A stretch of DNA of 64,000 nucleotides, from assembly GCA_965240325.2 (NCBI GenBank), contig OZ251226.1, positions 2,480,001 through 2,544,000 on the forward strand. The letters are read 5' to 3'. The notes under the pieces were generated by a model. The model did not search any database. It saw only the letters and a list, made by a program, of their open reading frames with translations, and had not been told where the DNA came from. Numbering within the stretch: the first letter of the stretch is position 1; each line of letters starts with the position of its first letter. Below are positions 9,001 to 18,035 of the stretch, one piece after another. This DNA is from Rebecca billardiae RCC1528. Taxonomy: Eukaryota > Protista > Haptophyta. The translations under genes and the position numbers were made by a program.

Positions 9001-11638
9001 CGCCCGACGCGCCGCGGCCGGCACTGATGGTGCGCGTGTGCGCGCGGAAGTCGAGCAGCGCGTGCTGCGCGCTGAGCGCGTCGGCGAAGGGCACGGGCAG
9101 GCCGATGCGCTTGCACGCCGCCGCCTGCGACGCCTGCGACGCGGCGTACGCCTCCACGAGCCCGCTCACCGCGCCCGCCGCCTCCGCGCGCCACTCCCAG
9201 TCTGAAGGGTCGATAGTCCACACGTGCGCCGGCGGCGCCTCGCGCAGCACAGCGCTCGTCGCCGGCGGCACGGGCGGCGAGCGCGGCACGTGCCTCGGCG
9301 GCGCGGGCGCGGCGGGCGCGGCGGGCGTGGCGGGCGCGGGCGCGCCCGCGGGCGCGCCCGCCGAGCCGTCGCGCGGCTGCGAGCGCGAGCTGCCGCGGCT
9401 CGGCGCGCCCGCCTCGCCAGCGCCCTCCTCACCTGCACCCTCGGTGCCGGCAGAGGCCGCGTCCGCGCCGTCGGCGCCGTCGGCGCCCGCGGACGGCTCG
9501 GCGTCGGCATCGGTGGGCGCGGACGGCTCGGCGACGGCGGGCGCGCCGCGCGTGGCGGCCTCCTCAGCGCCGCCCGCCGAAGCCGCCGGCGCGGCCGCGG
9601 GCGCGGCGGTAGCGACCACGCCCGCCTCGGCGGCGGCGGGCGCGGGCGTGGGCGCGGCGGCCGGCGGCGCGGCGTCGGTCGGCTCGAGCTCGAGCCTCTC
9701 CGCGTCGCCCTCGGCGTCGGTGTCCTCGTCGGGCTCGTCCTCGGCGGTGAGGCTGGTCGGGAGGTGCGCCACGTGGATCTTCCCCTCCGCGCCCGCCCAC
9801 GCCACGAGCCGTCGGTCGCTCGCCGACGGCGGCGCGGTGCCGCCTGCGCGCCGGTCGTGCCACGCCGAGCTGAAGTCCACCTCGAAGGGCGAGCCGCGGA
9901 TCGGCAGGTAGTCGTCGTCGTCGTCGAAGGCGTTCTCGTCGACGCGCACCTCGAGGGAGTAGGTGCCGCTGCTCGGCGCGCGGTACGAGATGGCGTACCG
10001 CCCGTCGCCAAAGTCGTCCACCACCGGGTCGGCGATCGGGCCGATGTTGGGCCCGGTGAGAAGCACGCGGATCGCGTCGCCGCCCGACGTGCGCTGCTTG
10101 CCCGCCGAGTCCTTCGCCTGCATCACCACCGTCACCTCGGTGCCGGCGACGGCGCGGGAGGCGAAGGTGGCGGGGCCGAAGGCGTTGCACTTGGACGCGC
10201 GCGTGTTCACGTAGAACGAGAACTGGCACTTGTTCACCGTGAACCCCTCCGTGCCCACCGCGACGCGCACGTTCACGTCGAGCGCGCCGTAGCGTTCAAA
10301 CGAGGGCGTGAAGCAGCGGATGCCGTCGGACGACACAAACGTGCCCGGCACGATCGCCTCGCGGCGGCCGTCGGTGAACTTGACGAAGACGTCGCCCTCG
10401 TCGGGAAAGTTCAGCCCGCTGATCGTCACCGGCGTGTTCCCCGTGATCGGCCCGTTCGTCGGGTGCACGCCCGTGACCGCGTACGGCGGGCCCACGATGC
10501 CAGCGACATTGAGCAACCACAGGTCGTCGAGCCAGCCCTGCGCCCAGCCGCCAAAGAAGAGGACGTTGCACGTCTTGGCGTCGTACGCGACGGAGCAGTC
10601 CTCGCGCGCGGAGGGCGGCGCGCCGACCACCGCCAGGTTCGTCCACTGCATCCGCGCCGTGTCCATCACCGACAGCGTCGACGAGTACGCGAGCGGCGCG
10701 CGCTGTCCCCCAAACACGAACAGCTTGTGCGCCGGCACGGACTCGATCGCGACCGCGGCGTGGTTCCACAGCGGCGTGGGCAGCGCGGCGAAGGTGGTGC
10801 TGCGCGGCTCGCCGGTGAACACGCCCGACGACGCCGGCTTGATCCACTCCTGCTCGTGCAGGTCGAGCACGTGGCAGTCGTCGAAGAAGCCGTCGTGGCC
10901 CTTGCTCGGGTGGCCGCGGCCGCCGAGCACGACCAGATGCGAGCCCGCGACGCACACCGTGTGGTCGGCGCGCGCGCGCGGCGGCGTGCCCTTGATGCGC
11001 TCGATCCGCGACCACGACCACGTGTCGAGGTCGAGCGCGTGCACGTCCATCAGAAAGTCGCGCGACGAGCCGACGCCGCCGTACCCGCCGATGATGAAGA
11101 TCTTCTTCTCAGCATGGCCGTCGTACTCCTCGTCAAACTCGACCATGGTGGCCGTGTGGTGCGAGCGCGGCGTGGGCGCGGTGCCGGCGATCTTGGCCGG
11201 GCGCCACTCGAGGCGGGAGACGTCGAGCACGTGCGCGTCGTTAAAACGCCGCCCGCCCGCCTGCCCGCCGAACACGAAGATCGAGTTGTTGTCAGGCAGC
11301 AGCGTCGCCGTGTGCCGCCAGCGCGGTGACGGCGGCACGCCGCTCAGCGCGGGCCGCTCCCAGTGGGGCGAGGACGGATCGTCGAGGCTGAGCACGTACA
11401 GATCGCCGAAGCAGCCGCCACCACCGCCTCCAGCCACGACGCCGCACCCGCCGAACATGTAGCAGCGCGATTGCGCGCGCCCATCGTTCACGATCGTGAG
11501 CGAGTGGCCAGAGCGTGCCGACGGCAGGTCGCCGACCGGCGTCGGGCGAGACCAGGCGACCTCGCCCGAGCGCGACGGCGCGCCGGCGCGGACACCAGGG
11601 TCGCCCGCGCGCGCTGAGGCGTAGCGGTTCAACACCAT
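2..11638 (-). CDS. ODA11: Axonemal outer-arm dynein heavy chain, alpha-type (kelch, IPT/TIG and filamin-like N-terminus; AAA1-AAA6); 3'-partial, runs off the window
   Basis: Missing from the ORF track, apparently because it has no stop in the window. ATG at 11638 reads MVLNRY...RSGHSLT...YMFGGCG (kelch). An IPT-like segment (GPITGNTPVTISGLNF) and a filamin-like segment (RTSGGD...DFGDGRYAISY...IRGSPF) follow. P-loops: AAA1 GPAGTGKTETTKDL (~6345-6385), AAA2 GSSGCNKT (~5505-5527), AAA3 GTAGCGKT (~4472-4496), AAA4 GVGGSGKQSL (~3435-3465). AAA6-region PLLFILFPGVDP lies near position 60, in the same frame as the start. The ODA11 symbol rests on domain architecture only. Confidence 0.93.
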   Translation of the reverse strand, partial: MVLNRYASARAGDPGVRAGAPSRSGEVAWSRPTPVGDLPSARSGHSLTIVNDGRAQSRCYMFGGCGVVAGGGGGGCFGDLYVLSLDDPSSPHWERPALSGVPPSPRWRHTATLLPDNNSIFVFGGQAGGRRFNDAHVLDVSRLEWRPAKIAGTAPTPRSHHTATMVEFDEEYDGHAEKKIFIIGGYGGVGSSRDFLMDVHALDLDTWSWSRIERIKGTPPRARADHTVCVAGSHLVVLGGRGHPSKGHDGFFDDCHVLDLHEQEWIKPASSGVFTGEPRSTTFAALPTPLWNHAAVAIESVPAHKLFVFGGQRAPLAYSSTLSVMDTARMQWTNLAVVGAPPSAREDCSVAYDAKTCNVLFFGGWAQGWLDDLWLLNVAGIVGPPYAVTGVHPTNGPITGNTPVTISGLNFPDEGDVFVKFTDGRREAIVPGTFVSSDGIRCFTPSFERYGALDVNVRVAVGTEGFTVNKCQFSFYVNTRASKCNAFGPATFASRAVAGTEVTVVMQAKDSAGKQRTSGGDAIRVLLTGPNIGPIADPVVDDFGDGRYAISYRAPSSGTYSLEVRVDENAFDDDDDYLPIRGSPFEVDFSSAWHDRRAGGTAPPSASDRRLVAWAGAEGKIHVAHLPTSLTAEDEPDEDTDAEGDAERLELEPTDAAPPAAAPTPAPAAAEAGVVATAAPAAAPAASAGGAEEAATRGAPAVAEPSAPTDADAEPSAGADGADGADAASAGTEGAGEEGAGEAGAPSRGSSRSQPRDGSAGAPAGAPAPATPAAPAAPAPPRHVPRSPPVPPATSAVLREAPPAHVWTIDPSDWEWRAEAAGAVSGLVEAYAASQASQAAACKRIGLPVPFADALSAQHALLDFRAHTRTISAGRGASGESPSTRRHFAVHVGGVGGAEPRLWVYGGESSEGYLYDDVHELSYSVDDDAWAWRLVYSAELNQMQAVGRAAVFAGTTVASVRANVMTSTFELVHTLEVPPLMREGAKEHYADDLAAALDAQLSELAARVRALTAGLGASVEPDDKGALLGVMRCLYELRADTERTDALIDQLRDVIGFLGLGEEEHAATLGRIDAEWRELKRNAPAVRKAIKTSVDGESAVVLADVTELVEAADAFRRDFLAEPVFGSELEPKDAYTHIDRLRAALGELEARRSAMAERTELFDVSEAMAETDGTVRACHLDLVAIKHLWDLTQVVHSTIAQWRATAWDAIDVGAIEAEAKLLLKALRASDVRVRAFEAYGGVESALRQLLVALPSVGDLRSPSMRERHWAQLAEITGVQLSITPDFKLSDLLSLRLHEFIDDVGEVVDRALKEDRMETDLNKLDAVWKGVALEREEHAEGSGVFFVRLSDDDFVTLEENTQLVQTMRTSKYLGAFEARVAEWHARLSAVADVLAVVLEMQRKWSYLHTLFIGSDEVKAELPEDAERFASLDEAFRSELASIGEQPSAVEACAREGLLPALQEVSAGLETCEKSLADYLEAKRRLFPRFYFVSTLTLLEILSNANKPAVVVAHIPAIMAAVRAVELGEGHVLKALVSSEGERLAFELSEPTALQGRAELYLIQLLQAARAELRAQLVRAHDDLAKRPRKEWLFDHVSQLALLTTQLAWTSRTEDALERVHRAEHDALANYCKTQHAELSELISLVAGELSANDRRKIMNMITLETHSRDVNAKLLADGVRSTSDFAWVSQLKTRRIAHGGDDAEDVWVFVANAEFRYAFEYLGNGARLVVTPLTDRIYITATQAAHLGLGCAPAGPAGTGKTETTKDLAAQLGKAIYVFNCGPEMDYRTMGDIFKGIASAGAWGCFDEFNRLLAEVLSVCSIQYKSVLDAQRARADTFLMEGVGYSLSPYGCMAFVTMNPGYLGRTELPESLKVLFRPVTVMVPDLQMIIENMLMAEGYTDASALANKFFVLFRLLSALLSQQRHYDWGLRAIKSVLVVAGSFKRKEPAAAEMGLLMRALRDFNLPKIVDDDVVVFHGLLRDLFRELYEEMPRVRDDAFEALVKEVGTGAGLQPTELFVQNVVDLQDLLDIRHCVFCMGSSGCNKTEAWRTLAAVWGRQPSRGETTLVDISPKAVTPNELYGYVNMATREWKDGLLSSTMRGMANAPDTNPKWIILDGDLDPNWIENMNSVMDDNRLLTLASNERIRLMPHMRLIFEVRDLNFATPATVTRAGILHIAEREQWANYVASWVERWRAEEVKERAVPAQQAAKRAQQLLGLFETYCKPTLAELRRSFKPLIPVLDFALVQSLCHMLEGLLTKENVPPGGKEDEARIELYFVFAAVWAFGGTLSTSGGLDYRRVFSKWWKDEFKAVAYPHRGEVFDFFVDREKAEFKAWAEVVPTIGFDPSEQSVSTVTVPTVETVSVSYWLSSLVHRRHPAMLVGTAGCGKTAIINGLLRELGADFTTKTINVNYFTNAALFQRNLEAPLEKKVGRNYGPPGSRRLIYFVDDLNLAALDQYGTASNIALMRQHLAYGHVYDVAGKLQPKQLNNTQYLAAMNPTAGSFTVNPRLQRLFATFAVGFPSAESLTTIFSTFLLAHVSSSVPHMAEVGKKIVHAALQLHKRVASTFRKTASKFHYEFNIRHVAGVFQGMLMARGEELSEPLAMTQLWLHESERVYGDRLVSAQDLKRYKDIALEQQRKHFKEFSPTLAFAEPFIFSHFAKGSGESKYAKVSSFGALSQLLEGSLAEYNETHPVMNLVLFEDAMRHVCRISRIVESPGGHALLVGVGGSGKQSLTRLAAFVSGLSVVQLVISASYGLHELRRDLQQMYRRCGIKGEGMVFLFTDQQIADERFLVYINDLLSSGEITGLFPPEDVDEIVGLVRPAVKRAGKPDGAADCWAHFLAQVRSNLHVALSFSPVGEPIKVRTRRFPALVNCVVIDWFQPWPEEALLSVSKRFLDDLELGSDEMRASVCSFMPFSFVAVNELSRRYLEQERRYNWTTPKSFLELIHLFSQMLKRRRSEMDAAMQRYTSGVMKLQATSESVSGLEQELLSKQREVEEKKAQVDAFVPQMAVQKDKAAENSRAAAEVAKEAEERQAAVSEMKLTIDADLQAAQPALLKAAAALDTLNKKELGELRSLPKPPAGVEDVTAAVIHMLAPDGSKKPDTSWKASAVMMKDLNVFMADLAGFREKIDAGQVPKQNFKNIRPLLEKEWFNVDTMRQKSSAAAGLCEWVINITLYWDTNENVEPMREAANQAELDLADAIAAKEAAAQKAAEADGMMRDLTALYEAALVEKDAVIAEGEMCSRKLALASRLMASLGQEGERWRAAIVALREQQQRLVGDVLLAAAFVSYAGCFNKRYRHALIDETFVPFLRDPARAIPMSDAADPLAILTTDAEIAQWGNENLPTDRVSAENGAIVCNSARWPLMIDPQLQGITWIKKREEERRVKVVRLDGASTLAALEEAVAAGKPLVIENLPGTAVDAVLAPLVGRQTIRRGRTQYIKLGEKEVEFHADFRLYLQTKLTNPHYPPELQAETTLVNFMVTEDGLEDQLLALTVSKERPDLEEQKLVLIREQNGYKSKVKDLEDSILAQLASAEGDVLENLTLIENLEASKKVATSIAEKVAVSQQTELSINEAREAYRAVAARGSLVFFLLAELPMLHSFFQHSLNAFLVVFEKALTGQKRKFKASESSLLKQILPNLKEKQKRSNPLWDRIDARKTIAVSMNPEQLVERVRSLTEEITYGVFAHARRGLFESHKLIVAAQLLFKVMRASAELVEPEYAALVEGVRPPAHLPVMTDKCSEYLSEQQWAAACALRELEPFRTLPDDLELSDTAWSEWVEAAAPEQEPLPPDWAKLSMLQRLVLLRALRPDRIVSALKRAVGQRLGQRFVAEEATQLLDCFGDSTSSMPLLFILFPGVDPGADIEKLGRELGFT

Positions 11639-12649
11639 GCCGCTCCCGGCCCGCGCGCGAGCGCGCGGCCGAGCGGAGCGCGAGCTTTGCAACGGCGAGC
11701 CCTACCAGCGAGCCTCCATGAGGCTTTGGCCACTCGGACTGGAGCTTTGATCGTCGTGCGGCAGCCATCGCCGGGCGGCCGCTCGAGTAACGAACGCACG
11801 GGGAACGGTCGCACTGGCACGATGGTCCGCCGCCTCCGGCCTCCGCCGTCGAGTTGGACTTTGGGATTGCAGCCTTGGCGTGTTGTGCACTTCAACTTGA
11901 TTGACGATGCGGCGGGGCCCGTGCGACCCCGGCCCTGGTCACCCTTCGGTCTCTTGCGGGACGGCGCACGACGCGAGCGCCAACGCCACGTCCTGCGCAG
12001 TCGAGAAGCGAATACAGTTCCAGCCGCGCGAGGCGCGCGACACTGCTGCGCCCATCATTACATCAGGCCTCATGACCGTCCGTGGCGCCCTGCGGCAGTG
12101 CGGGCTTCCAGTCGTTCTCGTGCGCCGATGCGAGTGCCGTCCCGCGACCCGCGTCACCACTCGGAGTCGGACCGTCGCCCCGCCCGCGGCACCCACAACA
12201 CCTCAGGCTATTGAGTTTCGGCGGGTAACTCATAGTCATAACTCGTTGCTGCGGCTGGGTCTGGGAGTGAGAGTGACTGACCAGTAGCGACTGACAATTC
12301 GTGCCACAGCACTCCGGCCGCATATCACACGACACGGTCAATAGTGTGCCCGCCGGCCAAGAGTAAGACAGACCGTCGGCATCCGACCAAATCCGAAATC
12401 GGATCCTACGTCACTACGACAACGACGCGATGTAAAACTAACAGACGAGGTCTACTCAGATCTCGCGGCCTCTGACAGCTCTGTATCGCTAGACACGACC
12501 CGGTGCTACTGCTCCGTGCTATATATAGTGAGGTCTACCTACAGTGTACTCGATCGTCATCAGTCTACAGCCTGATGGCGGTGATGCCGCCGCGCCGCAG
12601 CGGGCCGTGACCGTGGACTTGGGGTCAGTATATAGCTAGGGGTAAGTCG

Positions 12650-14332
12650 TCACGGGCACGCGGCCCCTTCATGGTCTGGCGGCTCAGTGCCCGGCTGAAC
12701 CTCCCCCGAGTCGCCAGCGATGAGTGGCCACTTCGGAGCGCTCTCCGAGAGCGGCACGGGCCTGTCCTCATCACGCGGCAGCAGCACGACATCCGGCACG
12801 CTCACATCCACACCTTTGTCCCAGTCGCCATCGTCGTACGCGATCTCAAACGTGCCGTCCTGCGCGTCGATCGCCGAGAGCTGGCCCTCGAAGTACTTGC
12901 GCTCGCGCCGCCAGTAGACACTCACCCGCCGGCCGACCAGCTCTTGGTTGCTCCCGACCGACGGAGGCGCGGCGAAGTTGGTCGGCATGTCGAGCGAGCG
13001 CGCGTACGCGTCGTACACGAGGGCGGCGCGCTCCTCGCCGACGAACGTGCCGCATCGGAACGCGCGGCCGCGCGCGACCAGCCGTACGTCAAAGTGAACC
13101 TGCCCAGCTCGCGCACGCACGGGGTACACGCCGTGGAAGCGCCGGGCAGGCAGCGCCGGGCGGGATGCGCCACGCCCGCGCCCTCGCCCGCCGCCGCCAC
13201 TTGAGCCCCGACCCGCGCTGCCTCCGCGGCTGCTGCTGCCATTCGCACGGTCCCCCGGCGCGCTGCTCCCGCCCGCGCCCCGCCCACCGCCCGCCGCCGA
13301 GGAGCCGCGCGCAGCCGTGCTGGCCTTGGGCGGGCGCGCGCTCGCGTCGATGGCGGAAGCGTCGGTCGCACCGGTCGTGCACGATGGCTCAGCGTTTAGC
13401 GCGCTCTGCTCGGCTGAGCTGCGGCTGGGTGCCGGCCGCTCGGGCCGCGGCTGTGACGGTGCCTCTGGCTCGTGCGGATTGGCCGCCGCCACACCGATCC
13501 GCCAGTCGGTGATCCCATCGAGCAGCTCGTCGTCCGTGTCGTCACCCGCGTCGACGTCCGCATCGCGCGCGCGCTTCGGCGCGCTCGCTTCTCGTGTCAA
13601 CGGCACGGCTGCCGGCGCGGCAGCGGCCGCCGCCCCGCCGTCCTGCGCCGCGCGGATGCCCAGGCTCCACTTGTTGACGAGCTCCTCGTCCTCGTCGTCG
13701 TCGTCGAGCGCAGCGGCATCGGCGACGTCGCGCGCGCGCTTGGCGGCACTGACCTGCCTCTCCAACGCCACGGGCGGCGGCGCAGCAGCGGCTGCCGCCT
13801 CGTCCCGCGCTGCGCGGATGCCCAGGTTCCACGTGTTCACCAGATCCTCGTCCTCGTCCTCGTCCTCGTCGAACGCGCGGCCAGCCCCGGGCACGGGCTT
13901 GGCCGTGCTCGCCTCCGTGTTTGAAGGCACAGCGACCGGCGCAGCGCGAACCTCTGCCTCTTTCTGGGACGCGCGGATGCCCAGGTTCCAAGTGTTCACC
14001 ATCTCTTCATCCTCGTCCTCGTCGCCGTCGGCCGCTACCACACCAGTACCAGCGCCGAGCACCGGCTTGGCCGGGCTTGACGCACGAACGGCTGCGGCCT
14101 CATCTTGGACCGCGCGGATCCCCAGATTCCACGTATTCACGAGATCTTCGTTCTCCTCCTCCTCGTCGTCGAGCGCAGCCACACGATCCGGCCCAGCAGG
14201 TGCCTTTGCGATGCCGCCGTGGCTGAGCTGCCGGTGCATGGCCGTGCTCGGCGTGCTCGGGCTCGGCGTCGTGCCCCCCACACCGACGCGCCACGAGGCT
14301 ATCTCGTCGTCGAGCTCGTCCTCATCGTCCAT
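12650..14332 (-). CDS. AP2/ERF-domain + Tudor-like domain protein with N-terminal acidic-Trp repeats (putative transcription/chromatin factor)
   Basis: 560-aa ORF. RRFHGV...CGTFVGEERAALVYDAYARSLDMPTNF matches the AP2 pattern. LVGRRVSVYW...YFEGQL...FEIAYDDGD matches a Tudor fold. Six DEDE(E/D)LVNxWxLGIRA-like repeats. Confidence 0.8.
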   Translation of the reverse strand: MDDEDELDDEIASWRVGVGGTTPSPSTPSTAMHRQLSHGGIAKAPAGPDRVAALDDEEEENEDLVNTWNLGIRAVQDEAAAVRASSPAKPVLGAGTGVVAADGDEDEDEEMVNTWNLGIRASQKEAEVRAAPVAVPSNTEASTAKPVPGAGRAFDEDEDEDEDLVNTWNLGIRAARDEAAAAAAPPPVALERQVSAAKRARDVADAAALDDDDEDEELVNKWSLGIRAAQDGGAAAAAAPAAVPLTREASAPKRARDADVDAGDDTDDELLDGITDWRIGVAAANPHEPEAPSQPRPERPAPSRSSAEQSALNAEPSCTTGATDASAIDASARPPKASTAARGSSAAGGGRGAGGSSAPGDRANGSSSRGGSAGRGSSGGGGRGRGRGASRPALPARRFHGVYPVRARAGQVHFDVRLVARGRAFRCGTFVGEERAALVYDAYARSLDMPTNFAAPPSVGSNQELVGRRVSVYWRRERKYFEGQLSAIDAQDGTFEIAYDDGDWDKGVDVSVPDVVLLPRDEDRPVPLSESAPKWPLIAGDSGEVQPGTEPPDHEGAACP

Positions 14333-15029
14333 GTCAGCAGTGTGCGTCGGGGCTTGCCGCGGCCGCCATGGGTTGCTGCCGGGTTTTGAATTTATTCAAA
14401 CTCATCGCGCCGCAAGACAATTTATAACGCGGCCTGTCGCCTGATTGGGAGAGCGGGCCCGGGGTAGCGGACCGGCAGACAGCAGCGATGTCGCGCCATC
14501 GCTGATCGGACTGACATGGCTAGCCGGTCGATGTGGCCATTGCTCGCGAGAGTATGCTATGAGCCAGATTGCTGTGCAGCACGCGACCGTGTCAGCCGTG
14601 GCCGCTGACCGTGGGTGTCTCACGCAGTGTCCGCACCGCGGCGGCCTCGCAGGTCAGGCAGCGCGGAAGGGGTGTGTGCGTAGCTGGTGCTTATGGCGGG
14701 AGGAGCTGTGTGTTGGCGCACCTTGTCGTGCGCGCGCAGCCAAGCTCGCGTGCCACTCTCCTGCTTCCACTCGAGTGCATGCGCGACACGCGTGTCTCTC
14801 CAGCGCTCGACGAGGACGGGCGGGTCGCGTGCGGATGTAGCGCAGCTGGCAGCTGCACACACTCCAATCAATAATCATTGAATTTCAAAATACTGAGAGT
14901 CGTCGTTCTTGCGGCGGCGAGGCCATATTTATTTTACTATATGGTCACACATGAACGATAGTCTACGACCCGCCAATTACCCACTTTGGCACACTTGGGC
15001 GTGGGCTTCGCGTTGATGATTCCTCTGAA

Positions 15030-15241
15030 TACAAAAGAGCCGGCGGGCGTTAGACCTTATTAATATTATCTCGCTAATGGATACCTCTATGCGATCTCCA
15101 AATTCGAAACTCGGTCTCCTCCAGCCCTGAAAATCGTCCCCCGTCCGCCCTTTTTTTAAATGGATCAAAGATCTTTTTGAAACGTGGTTAGTGCCCGCGG
15201 AGCGGGCTCTACGCTGCGCGCTCCGCCCTGCACCGCGGGCC
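15030..15241. mobile_element. Dispersed repeat family A end (terminus ...GCACCGCGGGCC|AT), putative non-autonomous DNA transposon
   Basis: Shares aaactcggtctc..cagccct..aaaatcg..ccccgtcc..gatcaaagatctttttgaaacgtggtt..gcgctccgccctgcaccgcgggcc with copies at 28.8-29.0, 39.7-40.1 and 42.4-42.9 kb. Left boundary approximate. Confidence 0.75.
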
Positions 15242-15246
15242 ATAAG

Positions 15247-18002
15247 CTACAACAGCATCGCGGATGCTGCTGCTGCATCAGCAGCATCAGCACGCCGTCG
15301 TTGGTGCCGTGCTGCTGCTGACTGCCCTCCGCCCAGTGCGCGGCCATCTGAGCCAGCGCCAGAGGCCTGTGCAGACGATGGCCCACGCGCTGCATCGACG
15401 GACGGCGCACTCCAGGGCGAGGCCCATCTCCGAGATACGATCTCCCAGTGCATCCGCGGCGCGGTCGGTGCACCGCGTGCGGCCGGTGCAGCACCCACCG
15501 GCGGTTGACGCTCCTGGCTGGCTCCAGCCGTCCCAGCGCCAGCCGGCGCGCACACCGAGAACGGCAGGGCGGGCGAATCCCGGCGGCGCGCCATCCATGG
15601 CCGCTCTCCCAGCCGGCGTGCGATCAGCCGCGCCACGCTGGAGGCCAGAGGGAGAGCGGCAGCGCCGGACGGCCCGCCGTGTGCCGCCGCCGCCTCAGGC
15701 GCCTCTGCAAGCCGTGCCCAGTCCGGGCCGCGCGCATGCTGCCACGCGCGCCCACCCAGCCCTCGGCGCGCAGCCCTGCGTGCCAGACCCACCCCGAGCA
15801 CGGTCGAAAGGGCCAACGCGCCGAGAGCCGCCGCCCACCGCGCCCGCTTGGGGCGCGTCGGCGTGGCTGAGGGCCGGGGCGCACCTGGGCCCTCGACCGC
15901 CATCTTGACCGCCGCTGGCTCCTTGAGAGAGGCCAGCCAGCGCAGCGGAGGCGGCGGCGGCCCCGGTGGGAAGAGCGCCTCCTCCTCCGCGGCAGCGTTC
16001 TCAGCGGCTGCGTTCTCAGCGGCTGCGTTCTCAGCGGCTGCGTTCTCAGCGGCTGCGTTCTCAGCGGCTGCGTTCTCAGCGGCTGCGTTCTCAGCGGCTG
16101 CTGGCCGTGCGCCCTGCGCGCCAAGTGGCAGCGACAGCCGCGCGCCTGTTGGCGAGGGTGCGGGCGGGGAGGGCAGCGGCGGAGGCGGGGTGGCGAGCGC
16201 GGGTGGCGGCGGCGACGCCAGCTGTGGCGGTGGTGCAGGGGAGGGCGATAGCCGCGGCGGCGGCGAGAGCGTAGTGGGCGGCGGCGGCGGCGGGGAGAGC
16301 TCTGCCGCCAGCGGCGATGGCAGAGGCGGCGGCGGTGAGCGCCTTGCCGCCGGCGGCGATGGCAGAGGCGGCGGCGGGCGGCTGGCGGGTGTCGGTGGCG
16401 GCGGCGGCGGCGCATGCGCGGGCGGGGGCGGCGGGGGCCTCCTCTCCTCCGGTGGCAGCGAGGGCGGCGTGTGCATCGCGCGCTCCAAGGCCGAGGGCGG
16501 CGGCGCGTCGTGCGCGTCGAGGTACAGCCACAGCGCAAAGTCCGGGAAGGTGGCCTGCGCACCAGCGCGCCGCACCCGGACAGGGGCGGGACGAGGCCAC
16601 GGCGGGCGAGCGGCGCGGGCACACGCACGGGGGAGGGCGGCGCGGTCATGTGGCGCCCGCGGCCAGGCCCACGCTCCAGCGCGCGCCGCGCGCTCGGCGC
16701 CACGCCGCGCCGCGCGCACGGCGCCACGCCGCGCCGCGCGCACCGCCCGCCTGAACTGCCGCTCGTTGCACCCGAAGCACTGGCCGAAGCGCGCGCTGTA
16801 GCTCATCGCGTAGAACGTGCCATTGCGCCGGAGCAGCTCAGCGCAGCTGCGCACGGCGCGCCGCGGCGGCGGGGTGGGAAGGGGCGGCCGGGTCGTGAGG
16901 CCATGGCGCCGCGCGTGTGCGATGGCGCGGCGAGGCCGCCAGCGCGGCGCGCGCACTCTTCGTGCGTGGTGAGCTTGAGGCTGAGCGGCGTGCCGCAGCC
17001 GCGCCGCTCGCGCGCAAACTCAAAGTCCGCGGCGTGCCAGTGCGGCGAGGGTGGCGAGGGCGGCGGCAGCGTCGGCGGCGGTGGCGGCGTCGGTGGCGGC
17101 GAAGGCGGCGAGAGAGGTGGCGGCGTCGGCGGCGGCGGCGGCGGCGTCGGCGGCGGCGTGGGTGGCGGCGGTGGCGGCAGCGACGGCGGCGGCGCGGAAG
17201 GCGGTGGGCGCGACGGCTGTGGAGGTGGCGGCGGCGACGTGGGCGGCGCGGGCGGCGGCGGCGACGGGCTCACGCCGCTATAGACCAGCGGGAGCTGCAC
17301 GCGAGGGTTGCGAGTATTGCGCCGAGCGAGCCACTGCCGCCGTGCAGCGCCACGCAGCTGCGAGCCCGGCGCTGGCGGCGGCGAGGGCGAGGGCGGCGGC
17401 GGCGCGGGCGGCGGCGGCGAGGGCGGCGGCGAGGGCGAGGGCGGCGGCGGCGCGGGCGAGGGCGGCGGCGGCGGCGGCGACGCCGGCGGCGCGGGCGGCG
17501 GCGGCACGGGCGGCGGCGACGCGGGCGGCGTCGGCGGGCTCGGCGGGCTCGGCGGGCTCGGCGGCGGGTGCGGCGGCACCTCGTTCAGGAAGACGTGGTA
17601 GATGTCCGCGAAGACGTTCTTCCCGCCGCCGTGCAGCGCCTCCTCGCGCGTGCACGCCAGGCACGCGTGGTACACCTTTGCAAACGTGAAGAACTCGTAC
17701 GGCGTCTGCTGCCGGCTCACTGCTTCCAGGCACTGCTGCGCGCTGGCCACGTGGCGCGAGAGGACCGTGCCGCAGAGGTAGCCCTCGCGCACGAGCGCGT
17801 ACGGCTGGCCGAGCGGGTGCGCTTGCGGTGGGGTCGGCGGGGGCACCGGCGGGGTCGGCGGCGGCACCGGCTGCGGCGAGGGCGGCGCGGCTGGCGGGAG
17901 CGGCGGCGCCAGCGGCGGCGCCAGCGGCGGCGGCGACGGCGGAGGCACGGGAGGCGGCGGCGGCGCCGGCGACGTGGGCGGCGAGCGCGGCGGCGGCGGC
18001 AT

Positions 18003-18035
<33 letters not shown>

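Noticed and set aside
3-11462. Many long + strand and alternate-frame ORFs over the dynein (843, 897, 1011 aa etc.)
   Set aside because: Shadow ORFs caused by extreme GC3; only the unlisted minus frame carries dynein motifs. The same applies to overlapping ORFs at 16-20 kb and 46-53 kb.
13480-14332. ATG8-interacting (LIR) motif array
   Set aside because: The repeat is W-N-L-G-I; position +3 is Gly, so it does not fit W-x-x-[LIV].
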